Assembly: GCA_965214775.1 (NCBI GenBank)
Contig: OZ243974.1
Coordinates: 2,112,001 to 2,176,000, forward strand
Length of the DNA: 64,000 nt
Direction: 5' to 3'
Origin: Nitrosopumilus sp.
GTDB lineage: Archaea > Thermoproteota > Nitrososphaeria > Nitrososphaerales > Nitrosopumilaceae
A model generated the notes under the pieces. It was given only the letters and a program-made list of their open reading frames with translations, ran no database searches and had not been told where the DNA came from. This document shows, piece by piece, positions 51,961-62,448 of the stretch. Position 1 is the first letter of the stretch; each line of letters starts with the position of its first letter. The translations under genes and the position numbers were made by a program.

Positions 51961-54900
51961 CTAGCTTGTTTTGACTGAAGGCATTCGTTTGTCTTTGTAC
52001 GTTACGACATTTGAGACGCCATTTTTTGGAAATACGCCATAAATCAGCTTGGCTTTTTGGACTACAGAGTCCTTTAATGAAACCATGATGAATTGGCTTT
52101 CTTTTGACCTCTCTTCTAGGATGTTGGAAAGCCTTTCGGCGTTTGGAGCATCAAGATGTGCGTCAACTTCATCAAACAAGTAAAATGGGGAGGGTTTTAG
52201 TTTTTGGAGTGCAAGTACAAAGACAATCGAAGCCAGTGTCTTTTCGCCGCCGCTAATTGAGGTGGACTCTCTTTTTGGTTTGTTGGGGAACTGTATCAAA
52301 TAAGAGACTCCTGAATTAAAGATGTCGTCCTCGTTTTGCAACTCCAGCCATGCATTGCCGCCGGTCATCTTGCTGAAGATCAGCCCAATCTCCTTGTCTA
52401 CCTTGTCAAAGGCATCCAAGAATGTCTGACGCTTGTCTTTTTCAATATCCTCGATGAATCTGACAATGGAGTTTCTTTCCTCTTCAAGCGAGTTTTTCCT
52501 TGTAGACATTGAGCGATATCCGTACGACACTTCAAGATATGTTTCCGGAGCTTTTGCGTTAAGCGCGTTAAGAGATCCCAGTTCTGCAGTCATGCCTTGA
52601 ACAATCCCATCAACATCAAATGTCTCCATATCTCTGTCAAATCCAAATGCAGACAAAATTTGCTGCAATCTGGACTCCTTTTCAACCAGATCCTTCAAAT
52701 CACGATCAAGGGAGTCAGACTGCCTTTCCAGAGCGCTAATCTGCTTTGTAATGTTGCGGTCTTGATCAGTTAACTCCCTTAATTTGTCGTCAAACTCCTT
52801 TAGTTGGCCAATAGAAGAACCAGACGTTTCAATGAGTTCCTGCTCTTTTTCTCTTAATTGCACCAATATTTGATTCTTGGACTCTTTTTGTTTTTCCAGT
52901 TCTTGAACTTTTGCTTGCAACTCTTGTTTTTCTGAATTCAGGGATTTTTCTTCATCATAAAGTCGGTTGGATTGGGATTGCTCTCGATTGTCCTGAGTTT
53001 GCAGCGTTGTTAGTTGTGCGGATTTGTCTCGGAATTCATTCATGATTGTCGTATAGAGTTTCTCAACATCTGCTTTCTTTGAATTGATTTTTGAAAGTTC
53101 GTTTGCGATTCTTGCCTGTTCCCCGCCTGCATAATTTTCATTCATGATTGTGATTCTTTCATTAAGCGAGTCGACATGAGACTCATTTGTCAAGACTTCA
53201 GAGTCAATAGAGTCATTTCGAGTGTTCATCTCATAGATTCTCTGTTTTAATTGCTCCTTCGTGCTTTGGGCTGAGATGATCCTTGATTTGAAATTTGAAT
53301 GGCTTTCACTGGTGGAGACAAGAGATTTTTCAGATACGGACAGCCGATCAGAATAAGATTGGATGGAATCCTCCAGTTTTTTAAGAGCGTTCTTTTTCTT
53401 TTGAAGGTATTTCCTGACAATGCCGATTGATTGGAGCAACCCGTCAATATCGCTACTCATTGAGATTAGTTTTGTGAGTTTGGAAATCTTTGAATTAATG
53501 TCAATTACAACGGTTCCTCCCTTTGCTTCAAAATACTCGCCATCCATGGTTACTGCCTTGCGTCCGTTTTGAGAAACAGCGTATGCGGACTCCCGAGTTT
53601 CAACAAGTATGACGTTTCCAAAGAGAAACGTTTTGAGTGCAGAGTGGGCGTCATTGCACTTTACATAGTCTGAGAGCACGCCTAAAACCCCTGGCTCCTT
53701 GGGCACGTCCAGTTTGAATTTGGGAATGGCATCAAGAGGTATGATTTTTAATTTTGGCAATTTCTTGCCACGTGCAACCTCTGCAATTCCCAACAATGTT
53801 GCAAAGTCTTTTACAACAATGGCCTTTATCCAATCAGAACCGACAGCTAAAACAGATCGTTCGTATTTCTTGTCCCAGGAAATCATTTCATAAACCAAAC
53901 CTTCAATCCCAAGTTTCTCAGCATCCTCTTTTAATTTTGCAGCAGTATAGTCTTCATGCATAAAACCCTTGACTGTCTTGATTTTTGATTCGTATTGGGT
54001 TGCAGCCTTGCTTGATTTTTCTAGGATTAGGGACAATTCATCCATGTCGTTGACAATCTTGGATTTTCGTGTTTGTAATTTTTTGATTCTTGATTTTAGT
54101 TCTACAATTGCCGCATCGTGATTTTTCATCTTTGACTCTAATTGGCCTATATAGCCGGTCAGCTTTGTGACATCATTTTCAATGTCTGAGAATTTTTGAG
54201 AGTTTGTCTTGATTTTGTTCTCCGATTCATTTTTTTCATGCTGAATTTTTGACAGTTTTAGTTTTGCGGAGTTTAGCTGATCAGTAAGAGATTGAATCTT
54301 GTTATCAATCTCGGATTTCTTTGCCGCAGCTTTGGATTGTTCTGCAAGAATCTTGTTTCTCTGCGAATCAACCACTTCCAGGTCATCGTTGATTTTGTCT
54401 TTCTTTGCGTTTGTCTCTTCGATTGACTCTTTTACCTTCAAAATTTGCGTGTCAATGTCACTTCTTGCGTTGTTAATGCCGTCAAGTTCCAGCCTGATTT
54501 CAGGAATTCTGCTTTCTATTTGTTCCATTCTTTTCTTTGATGCAGAGATTGCACTGTTGTCAGTTTCGTATTGCCCCATTGCAGAGCTGATTTCTGAATC
54601 AAGTGCGGCTTTGGCCTGGGTGTAATCATCTGCCCTTGCCATTAATTTTGATTTTTCATTTTCTAATGTCTTAATTTCGGCTCTCAAAGCCTTGTGTTCG
54701 TTGTCCAATTTTGTGACTTTGGTGACCGTTTCATGCAATGCTGACTCTTTGGAGGATTTCTGAGCAGAAATTGTCTTCATTTTATTGGCCGCAGATATCG
54801 CCTTGTATCTGTTTAATTCACGCTCAAGCATATCGTGGCGGAGTTTTTGGTTGCGTTCTTCTTCTAGTTCATCAATTCTTTTCTTGATTTCGCCCATTTT

Positions 54901-55485
54901 TGCCAGGGCAATCTCCAATCTTCTATCTGCCTCATCTAGTTGTTTTACGGACTCTGTCTTTTTTTCATCAAAATAAGACAGGCCAATCAAATCTTCTATT
55001 GTCTTTCGATTTTCTTCAGATGTAAACTCGGATATTCTTATTACCGTTCCCTGCTGGACGGCATTAAGCTGGCCCAGCCCTGCATTTGCCATATCGAGAA
55101 GATCCAGTATGTGGCTTCGGCTTGTTTTCTTTTTGTTTAGGTAGTATGTGTTGTCGCCCTGTTCATCCAACTCTCTTGTGATCTCCACAATGTCAGAGTC
55201 AACTGGAATCTTTCTGTCAGAATTGTCAAAGTGAACGCTACAGCGAGCCATTTTTGGTCCTCTTCTGGTCCCTTTGATATCATGAACCAATTTATGTAAT
55301 TTGGAGACCCTCAATACTTTGGGTTTGTTCTCTCCCATTGCAAATATGATGGCATCCAGGATGTTGCTTTTACCAGATCCGTTTGGGCCAGAAATGGAGA
55401 CTAGCCCGGGCTCAAAATTCACAGTGGTATTTCTGAAGCCAAATGATTTGAATCCAAAGATCTCGACTTTTTTTACATGAACCAA
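51961..55485 (-). CDS. smc: Chromosome segregation ATPase SMC
   Basis: GFKSF, GPNGSGKSN, coiled coils with hinge, SGGEK, FDEVDAHLD. Confidence 0.95.
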   Translation of the reverse strand: MVHVKKVEIFGFKSFGFRNTTVNFEPGLVSISGPNGSGKSNILDAIIFAMGENKPKVLRVSKLHKLVHDIKGTRRGPKMARCSVHFDNSDRKIPVDSDIVEITRELDEQGDNTYYLNKKKTSRSHILDLLDMANAGLGQLNAVQQGTVIRISEFTSEENRKTIEDLIGLSYFDEKKTESVKQLDEADRRLEIALAKMGEIKKRIDELEEERNQKLRHDMLERELNRYKAISAANKMKTISAQKSSKESALHETVTKVTKLDNEHKALRAEIKTLENEKSKLMARADDYTQAKAALDSEISSAMGQYETDNSAISASKKRMEQIESRIPEIRLELDGINNARSDIDTQILKVKESIEETNAKKDKINDDLEVVDSQRNKILAEQSKAAAKKSEIDNKIQSLTDQLNSAKLKLSKIQHEKNESENKIKTNSQKFSDIENDVTKLTGYIGQLESKMKNHDAAIVELKSRIKKLQTRKSKIVNDMDELSLILEKSSKAATQYESKIKTVKGFMHEDYTAAKLKEDAEKLGIEGLVYEMISWDKKYERSVLAVGSDWIKAIVVKDFATLLGIAEVARGKKLPKLKIIPLDAIPKFKLDVPKEPGVLGVLSDYVKCNDAHSALKTFLFGNVILVETRESAYAVSQNGRKAVTMDGEYFEAKGGTVVIDINSKISKLTKLISMSSDIDGLLQSIGIVRKYLQKKKNALKKLEDSIQSYSDRLSVSEKSLVSTSESHSNFKSRIISAQSTKEQLKQRIYEMNTRNDSIDSEVLTNESHVDSLNERITIMNENYAGGEQARIANELSKINSKKADVEKLYTTIMNEFRDKSAQLTTLQTQDNREQSQSNRLYDEEKSLNSEKQELQAKVQELEKQKESKNQILVQLREKEQELIETSGSSIGQLKEFDDKLRELTDQDRNITKQISALERQSDSLDRDLKDLVEKESRLQQILSAFGFDRDMETFDVDGIVQGMTAELGSLNALNAKAPETYLEVSYGYRSMSTRKNSLEEERNSIVRFIEDIEKDKRQTFLDAFDKVDKEIGLIFSKMTGGNAWLELQNEDDIFNSGVSYLIQFPNKPKRESTSISGGEKTLASIVFVLALQKLKPSPFYLFDEVDAHLDAPNAERLSNILEERSKESQFIMVSLKDSVVQKAKLIYGVFPKNGVSNVVTYKDKRMPSVKTS

Positions 55486-55865
55486 TAAGATGGTTGTCCC
55501 ATTAGACACTGTAATTGATTGCTAACAAGTTTAATTGACACAATTGCATAATTTTTCTTGTTTTGCTACGATTTTTTTCGTAAAGGCATGGGCTCGAAAG
55601 TTTTTGATCGCATTTTTTGCCTGCCTGTATTATAAAGCAAGTATTACAGTTGTAGCTGCCACAGCCAGGGCAGCCGCTGCAGCAGAGATGCCAAAGATTG
55701 GACTTGTTTAGGCACATGAGGCTGCCTGCCCTTACCACCATTTCCACTCTGGTCGTAAAAACAGTGTCATTTTGTTCCGGTTTGACGGGCGGACTCATCA
55801 TGTCTGGTCTGATTGAGATCTTTTATGACTGGAGAGGAATGGCCGTAAAAATAGCCTGCATGGCC

Positions 55866-55974
55866 GTAGCAGTTCGGACTCCGAAAGTTCAGGCATGAAT
55901 CTTGCCGCCAAAAACGGTTCATTCAAACAAAATTTGTGACTAAAATCGCAAATCCCTCACAGCCTGGGTGTTAC
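55866..55974 (-). mobile_element. MITE family E, degenerate
   Basis: gtagcagttcggactccgaaagttcaggcatgaat is the reverse complement of the family E right end. Confidence 0.6.
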
Positions 55975-56060
55975 ACATAGTTTCAGAATAAATGACTTTG
56001 ATTTAAAAAACATGGAGTCATAAAAATGATCGATCTTCAGACAAGAATGGTTTTGGATGA

Positions 56061-57155
56061 TTAATTGCCTGCGACAAATTTCTCACATGCTGCCTTGGCT
56101 GCAACATCTGACGTTTGTTCAATTGGGTGTTTCATAAGATACGCGCTTGCAGATTTGATTGGACCGCCGACACCCCTGTCCAAAGCTATCTTTGCTAATC
56201 GAACCGCATCAATTACAATTCCGGCAGAATTTGCCTTGTCATCAACGTCCAACCTCACTTCCATGTTGTATGGGATGTTTGCCCATTGCCTGCCCTCTAT
56301 TCTCATAAACATCAGCTTGGTATTTCCTAGGAATGGAATAAAATCAGAAGGCCCGACATAGATTTGATCATCATCTAACCTTTCATCTAATTGACTTTGA
56401 ACACTTTCGGTTTTAGAAATTTTCTTGGATACCAGCCTTTCCTGTTCTTTCATGTTAAGAAAGTCGGTATTTCCACCTACGTTGATTTGGTATGTCTTTT
56501 CAATCTTGGTTCCTCTGTCATTGCATAATTTTGCAAGGGTTCTATGAACAATTGTGGCGCCAACCTGTCCTTTAATGTCGTCGCCAATACATGGAATGTT
56601 TTTTTCTTCAAATTTTCTGGCCCATTCTGGTTCTGATGCGATAAAGGAGGGAATGCAGTTTACAAAAGCAGTGTTCGTGTCAAGGCAAACTTGGGCCCAA
56701 AACTGAGTTGCCTTGTCAGAGCCTACTGGAAGATACGAAACAATGATTTCTGCACCGGTTTCTTTGATGATTTTTTTTGCTTCTTTGGCAATCTGCTCAT
56801 CTGTTTTGTCACTTTTGATAGGTTTTACCCTGTTTTCAACCCATAATCCAACGCCATCCAAGATAGGACTCTCATATACCATGCCATCTGTTTTTGGCAT
56901 TTGGTCTTTAGGCATCCAGTCAACCATGTTTGGGTATTCATAAATGGCCTCATTGATTGGCTTTCCGACTTTGTTTTCTCCTACATCAAACCCGCAAACA
57001 AAGTCAATATCATGAATTCCATAACCTGCAAGCTTGTCATGAATGATTCCTATAACCTGTTGTGAGGGGTTCTTGCGATAATATTCAATTCCTTGGATTA
57101 GGCCAGAAAAGCAATTTCCAATTCCCACTAATCCCACCTTGATTCTGCCAGACAT
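56061..57155 (-). CDS. ino1: myo-Inositol-1-phosphate synthase
   Basis: GIGNC, YLPVGS, GDDIKGQVGAT, GGNTDFLNM, DDKANSAG. Confidence 0.93.
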   Translation of the reverse strand: MSGRIKVGLVGIGNCFSGLIQGIEYYRKNPSQQVIGIIHDKLAGYGIHDIDFVCGFDVGENKVGKPINEAIYEYPNMVDWMPKDQMPKTDGMVYESPILDGVGLWVENRVKPIKSDKTDEQIAKEAKKIIKETGAEIIVSYLPVGSDKATQFWAQVCLDTNTAFVNCIPSFIASEPEWARKFEEKNIPCIGDDIKGQVGATIVHRTLAKLCNDRGTKIEKTYQINVGGNTDFLNMKEQERLVSKKISKTESVQSQLDERLDDDQIYVGPSDFIPFLGNTKLMFMRIEGRQWANIPYNMEVRLDVDDKANSAGIVIDAVRLAKIALDRGVGGPIKSASAYLMKHPIEQTSDVAAKAACEKFVAGN

Positions 57156-57208
57156 TCGAAATTCGGTGTTGTTGGGCGGGTTTAAAGTTTTCCTAGTTTG
57201 TTGAATGG

Positions 57209-57390
57209 TGTGTTATGTGGAAATAATGTCCGCTATTCATTGATGTCCCTCTCAATCCATTTTGGGTCAGATTTCCTAATCGCGTCTGTGGACGTCTTGT
57301 CCGAGAACGCCATGATGGGCGTCTGGCGGTGGACTATCCAGCTCAAGGTGCAGCATGCGTTCGTTATGATACTTTACGTATCAGTAGACG
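57209..57390 (-). mobile_element. Right-end fragment of the IS481 type at 6182-7455
   Basis: Reverse-complement match to about 7280-7455 including the terminal IR. Confidence 0.85.
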
Positions 57391-57429
57391 CTATATGAAA
57401 TCTTATCCGTATCCTGTGATATACAATTA

Positions 57430-57560
57430 CCGTTGGGCCTGAGAGTCGATTGGGACTTACCATGTACAAGGGTGTCTTATAGACTGACTCGCAACAGCAG
57501 GCGGAAAGCAATGTACCGCGCAGAAGACGGTGAATGGGAGATTCCGCCCGAATCAGGCAT
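57430..57560 (+). ncRNA. Candidate IS110 bridge/seek RNA
   Basis: Outer stem gcctga/tcaggc enclosing two stem-loops with internal loops, in the non-coding leader of an IS110 recombinase. Confidence 0.5.
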
Positions 57561-57587
57561 TTTGATCAAAAAGAAGGAGGTGATAAC

Positions 57588-57938
57588 ATGATCAACGTAG
57601 GAATAGACGTACACAAAAAGAGATGCGTTGCAGCAATAAAGGACGACTCGGGCAAGCTGCTTGAGCAGTCCACGTTTGAGAACAGCGTTTTGGCAACAAC
57701 GAATTTTGCAACAAACCTCAAAAAGGCATACCCGGGACAGCTGCCAATCAGGGCAGTATGCGAGTCCACTGCCAACTACTGGATTATCGTATATGACACG
57801 TTTGAGGACTGCGGGATAGACACCGTGCTGGTACATCCGACAAAGGTCAAGGTGATAGCGCACGCCAAGATAAAGGACGACCGCGTGGATGCAAATATAC
57901 TTGCCGACCTGCTTAGTTTGTTGCATAACCCTGCCTAA
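57588..57938 (+). pseudogene. IS110 recombinase, N-terminal DEDD domain only
   Basis: GIDVHK, VCEST, KIKDDRVDA; GGAGGTGA Shine-Dalgarno; truncated near 57914. Confidence 0.88.
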
Positions 57939-58590
57939 AATTTGAAATCTGACTGAAAATCACCGGAATGATCAACTAATTCTGACCGAAAAGGTAATGG
58001 ATCATTATGATGCCTCGTATGGTATACATTGACACACACGGACAATACAAAGTACGTAGAGAGAGGGGCAGGCCTGGTCGTCAAGTACGACCCCGGCTGG
58101 GAGAAGGATCTCAAGGCTGCCAACCGCCACAAGGAAGGCGCCCCGTTCCTGTATGCAGAAGGCATGATAATGGCCGCAGCCGCCCTCAGGACCGCATTCA
58201 TGCTAAAGTACAGGCAGCTGTCAGGCATGCTCGGGGAGATGCTAAAGGGCGCGGACTCGCCGTGTTACACCACGATATTCAGAAGGATACAGAAGCTTGA
58301 CGTAGATATTGCAGAGAACATAATTACGGTGCGCGACAAGTCCTGTAACCTGGTCATGATAGCCGATGCCACGGGCCTCAAGCAACACAACCGGGGCGAG
58401 TGGATACGCAAGAAATGGAAGGTAAGGCGCGGATTCGTCAAGATGCACCTGATGGTTGATGCAGACACCAAGCAGGTGCTTGCAGTATCTGTCACAAGTG
58501 GTGCAATCGGCGATAACACGGAACTGCCGGCACTGCTTGAGGAGGCGACCAAGAACATCAAGGAAGAGGAGGAGCAGCAGCAGGAACGCA
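57914..58590 (+). mobile_element. IS5-family (IS903-like) element, truncated
   Basis: End tagtttgttgcataa; ORF from 58029 with YRQLSG, IADATGLK, RGEWIRKKW, RRGFVKMHL. Confidence 0.8.
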
Positions 58591-58815
58591 CCCATGCCGG
58601 ATCCTCTAGGCCGTACTGCACCAGCTGTTTCACGCGGCCCTCAAAGTCGCCCTGCAGTATGTCTTCGAGCATGCCGCAGAGCACCTGGCGCAGCGTGCGG
58701 GTGTACTTTTCGCGCGTCATCTCCGCCTTGATCCCTTGGTTGAACAGGTCAAGCGGGGCCGCCTGGCCCACCCTCTCAAATTCCTCCATCGTAAGCTTCA
58801 TCTCTGTTTCCATGT
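58590..58815 (-). pseudogene. N-terminal fragment of a probable tyrosine integrase-like gene
   Basis: LFNQGIKAEMTREKYTRTL resembles integrase N-terminal binding domains; fused to the IS5 fragment. Confidence 0.45.
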
Positions 58816-58897
58816 TCCTAGAACGCATAAAAGGTACAATATTTTGATGGATCCCACAGGAACCAGAATAATTTGATAAGGGAGTTTATCCCCTTAA

Positions 58898-58962
58898 CTA
58901 ATCAGGCACGGTTTTACATGCGACTGTGATTTTCATTCCTAGATAGCAAGGTGACTTCCTTG
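58898..58962 (-). repeat. MITE family C, degenerate
   Basis: aatcaggcacgg...gtgattttcattcctagatagcaagg resembles 2834-2902. Confidence 0.45.
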
Positions 58963-59261
58963 GTAGCAAAATTCATAACTGAATTACCAGAGCCAAATCA
59001 ACTACGATCATGGGCGGTAGATATTCTATATTTTTTCAATAAAAACAATCCGACGGTAAAAGGTATGAAGATAACAGCAAGTGCATAGCTTATAGATACG
59101 ATGTTTCCAAGTGTGTCTGTTTGTTCTGTCATAATTACAAATGATGGGGGGGACGTACAATATTAATGAGATTGTGCCCATAATTCCATGTGCTATCAAT
59201 GCATAACAGATTATTTTTAATTTTTTAGAGGACATAGAAAAAAAGGGGTTAGTTAAGATAT

Positions 59262-59343
59262 AAGACTTTATGCGTAATCGGTGCAGATCTAGAATTATTA
59301 CGAACAAATTCATCTCATTTAGGTCGATTACGCATAAAGTCTA
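59262..59343 (-). mobile_element. MITE family A (82 bp)
   Basis: 81/82 identical to the reverse complement of 12243-12324. Confidence 0.92.
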
Positions 59344-60441
59344 TAGTGTGAAACAAAAGTTCGTGAAAATAAACCCACCGGACCGAAACGTATTTTGATC
59401 GCCATGTATGACAAGACACATGGCGGAAATATGCGTGGCAGACCTGAAGGAGGCATACAAGAATGAAAAGGATCCGCAGGTAAAGGTCAGAATAGCCGCA
59501 GTAAACATGGTATTCATACACGGTGACGGCTATGCAAATACGGCAGAACGCCTCATGCAGTCAGTCGGCTGGGTATACAAATGGATGACGCGCTTTGAGG
59601 AGGGCGGCATGAAGGCTCTCCGGGATCAACCGCGTACCGGCAGACCGCCCAAGGTGAGTCCCGAGCGCATCACCAAGATCATAAAGTCAGCTGAGGACGG
59701 CATAATTACGCCAAAGAAGCTGCGCTCTGACATACATGAGAAGACCGGCATGTGGTATTACATCGTCTCCGTCAGAAGGGAGATGAACAAGAGGAACATG
59801 TCGCCCAAGACGCCGGAGCTTGTACACAGGAACAAGGCAGATGCCTATACCGTGCGAAGGTGGCAGTACAGTGCAAAAAGGCAGATTTCACGCCTGAAAA
59901 AGGAGGGTTTTGTCACCGTAATCCAGGACGAGTCGATCTTTGTCAATGATCCAGTGGTCGGACGCAAGTACTGGTCTGCAGTAGGGGTACCGATCAGGGT
60001 TCCGTACAAGGGGAGCCACCGCAGGACGGTGGCCTACGGCGCGATTGCCACGGACGGACGCCGATTCTTCCGGACATATGACAAATTTGACGGCCCGACA
60101 TTCCTCAAATATCTAAAAAAGCTGCACAGACACTTTGGGAAGGTTCTGGTAATGATGGACGGCGCCTCTGCGCACACCACACGGGACGTAAGGCAGTTCC
60201 TGGCAGACAATAAAGAGACCATAAGGGTCAGGTACCTGCCTACGGCATCCCCGGAGCTCAGCGGCATGGAGGAGTACTGGCACCAGGCAAAGCGGGCCAT
60301 CCTCGTCTCCGAGTACTATGAAACGTTAGAGGAGATGAGGCATGCGCTGTCCGAATACATGAGGACTGCCAGCTTCGACCATGACGTCATGGAGTATCTC
60401 ATGAATACGCCAAGATTTTCATAAACTTTTGTTTCACACTA
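59344..60441 (+). mobile_element. IS630-family element, apparently intact
   Basis: TIR tagtgtgaaacaaaagtt..tgaaaat / attttca..aacttttgtttcacacta with TA on both flanks. Confidence 0.92.
59408..60424 (+). CDS. IS630 transposase
   Basis: HTH with RTGRPPK, IQDES, MDGASAH, SPELSGMEEYW. Confidence 0.92.
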   Translation: MTRHMAEICVADLKEAYKNEKDPQVKVRIAAVNMVFIHGDGYANTAERLMQSVGWVYKWMTRFEEGGMKALRDQPRTGRPPKVSPERITKIIKSAEDGIITPKKLRSDIHEKTGMWYYIVSVRREMNKRNMSPKTPELVHRNKADAYTVRRWQYSAKRQISRLKKEGFVTVIQDESIFVNDPVVGRKYWSAVGVPIRVPYKGSHRRTVAYGAIATDGRRFFRTYDKFDGPTFLKYLKKLHRHFGKVLVMMDGASAHTTRDVRQFLADNKETIRVRYLPTASPELSGMEEYWHQAKRAILVSEYYETLEEMRHALSEYMRTASFDHDVMEYLMNTPRFS

Positions 60442-60443
60442 TA

Positions 60444-60751
60444 ATGCAGCTGGGACGCGTGGTTGATCTGCCCTTGCCATCGTTCTGGTTCTTTTCAAAC
60501 TTGGAATTGCCCTTGAGTACATGACAAATATTGCAGATTTTTTGCGGATATGGTTTGCTGCCTTTCTTTGGCTTGTCGGTTTTTGTCACATCGATGACCT
60601 CTATCACATCCAGACTGGCGGTAGCTAACACTTTTCTTCCTATGAAAAACACCTTTGCCGACGCACCGTGAATCTCCTTGACTATGCCGACAGAGTTAGG
60701 TTCCACGTCGCCTATGCGCGTCACAGACACTACAAAGTCACATATTTTCAC
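60444..60751 (-). pseudogene. Hpy99I-like type II restriction endonuclease, N-terminal half
   Basis: DFVV..GDVEPNSVGIV..VFFIG..KICNICHVLK..FEKNQNDGKGRSTTRPSC matches Hpy99I as recalled; cut at the IS630 end. Confidence 0.75.
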
Positions 60752-61188
60752 AGAATGACTTTTTTGGCGTCGTATATAGCCGACGTGTCGGGTTGAGCGA
60801 TAAACCTAAAATGAAAAGTGTTGCGGTAAAACCTCCAACACCTGATTGGTCAGTAAGGCCATGCCGTGCCGATGCCTACCGTACAAATGCTCCGTTTTTA
60901 AGTCTTACAAGATTGGAGATTTCCGGCACCCGGCGTGTCCCAGGGAGAATAAACACCCATTAATGTCCCAGTTCCTTATTTTGATATGAAATATAAAAAA
61001 AATTGTTTTTTGTAGGGGCAGTATCTATGATAATTGGAATTATATTTTCTCTTCAACCGTACAATCCGGGCAGATTTCAAACAGTTCATGAATTTACCAT
61101 TCAATGTCATTTACGTTCAGATCATTTTCTTGAGGTGTTTGGAGGGTCATTAGCAGAATTAGACTGGTGTCTCCACAATACGGGATTT

Positions 61189-62340
61189 TGTATAGTCCAA
61201 AAAGTAGTTCACCCCTTCTCCGAGTGTGTAAAGTCGGTCAGGAGCAGATGTGCAAGCCTGACCCACACTGGAAGTACAGGTGTGTGGGTCTGGCGACGAA
61301 AGCTCCGTAAATACGTGAGTCTTGAGCACCCAAACGGCATGAAGCTAGAGAAAAACCAGGTACAATGGATAGTGCAGGAAAAGAAAAAGGGCGAGCTTAC
61401 CTGCGCCCAGATAGCCGGAACCATGGACGTGACGGTACGGTGGGTCCAGAAGCTGTGGGCCAGGCACAAAGGCTGCCCTGCGGCAAGCGAAATATCGCAT
61501 CCTGCGCCAATGGGAAGGCCCCAGAACGGTCTGCCCGGACGCAGGGAGCACTCTGCAGTCATGTCTGCCAGACATGCAGAGCACATGGGGGCTGCAGGAC
61601 TGCAGCAGCGCATAGCGAATCAGACCGGAATCCATATCCCGCACGGCATCATACACAAGATACTGAGGGACGAGGAGATGGCAGAGGCGCAGCCCAGCAA
61701 GGGTACAAGGTACAGGTGGGTCCGCTACGAGCGCGATCACTCAAACTCGCTGTGGCATACAGACTGGAAGCAGATCCACGGCGGAATGCACGACGGCAGA
61801 TGGTTCCTGTGCTACGAGGACGATGCCTCCAGGTTTGTGACCGGATATGGCATCTTTGATAATGCCACGACCAAAAACGCCCTGGCAGTGCTTGAGACGG
61901 CAATAGAAAAGCACGGCAAGCCGGCCTCGATCATGACAGACCACGGCAGCCAGTTCTATGCCAACGAGAAAGAGACGGCAAAAAAGAGGGGCGAAGGCGA
62001 GTTTGAAAAGAAACTGACAGAACTGGGAATACGGCAGATCCTGGCAGGCGTGGGACGACCCCAGACCAACGGAAAGGTCGAGCGCCTCCACGGGGAGATC
62101 CAGCGCAAGCTGCACGAGTTCGAGGAGATCATGATGAGAAAAAGCGACCCGATAGACCTGTTCATGCAGTGGTACAATCATGACAGGCCCCACAGGTCGC
62201 TGGACTGGGACAACCAGGAGACGCCCGCACAGGCATTTCTCAGAAAGATGCCCAAGGAGGGGGAAACCGTTATTGACGGGCAGACAGGAGAGGAGTATGA
62301 TGTCAAATAAGGGGGGGCGAACTACTTTCTGGATCCCACA
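61189..62340 (+). mobile_element. IS481-family element, intact, with 15-bp target duplication
   Basis: TGT..ACA ends, IR tgtatagtccaaaaagtagttcacccc vs rc tgtgggatccagaaagtagttcgcccc; ccacaatacgggatt at 61173-61187 and 62341-62355. Confidence 0.9.
61339..62310 (+). CDS. IS481 transposase
   Basis: WHTDW, TDHGSQF, PQTNGKVER catalytic triad intact. Confidence 0.9.
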   Translation: MKLEKNQVQWIVQEKKKGELTCAQIAGTMDVTVRWVQKLWARHKGCPAASEISHPAPMGRPQNGLPGRREHSAVMSARHAEHMGAAGLQQRIANQTGIHIPHGIIHKILRDEEMAEAQPSKGTRYRWVRYERDHSNSLWHTDWKQIHGGMHDGRWFLCYEDDASRFVTGYGIFDNATTKNALAVLETAIEKHGKPASIMTDHGSQFYANEKETAKKRGEGEFEKKLTELGIRQILAGVGRPQTNGKVERLHGEIQRKLHEFEEIMMRKSDPIDLFMQWYNHDRPHRSLDWDNQETPAQAFLRKMPKEGETVIDGQTGEEYDVK

Positions 62341-62422
62341 CCACAATACGGGATTATCATTAACACTATATGCGATAATTGGAATAGGCGCATTCTTAAT
62401 TTGCAAATCAGCGATCAGGCAA

Positions 62423-62441
62423 TAGACCCTATGCGTAATTG
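62423..62441 (+). repeat. MITE family A terminal remnant
   Basis: tagaccctatgcgtaattg; its TAG is the stop of the split membrane gene. Confidence 0.6.
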
Positions 62442-62448
62442 AAGGAGA

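Larger units (their letters stand above)
61003..62425 (+). pseudogene. Small two-TM membrane gene split by IS481
   Basis: Removing the IS and one duplication copy joins ...LDWCLHNTG to LSLTLYAIIGIGAFLICKSAIRQ* in frame. Confidence 0.65.

Noticed and set aside
55502-55898. Cys-rich short ORFs upstream of smc
   Set aside because: No coherent motif; probably decayed or non-coding
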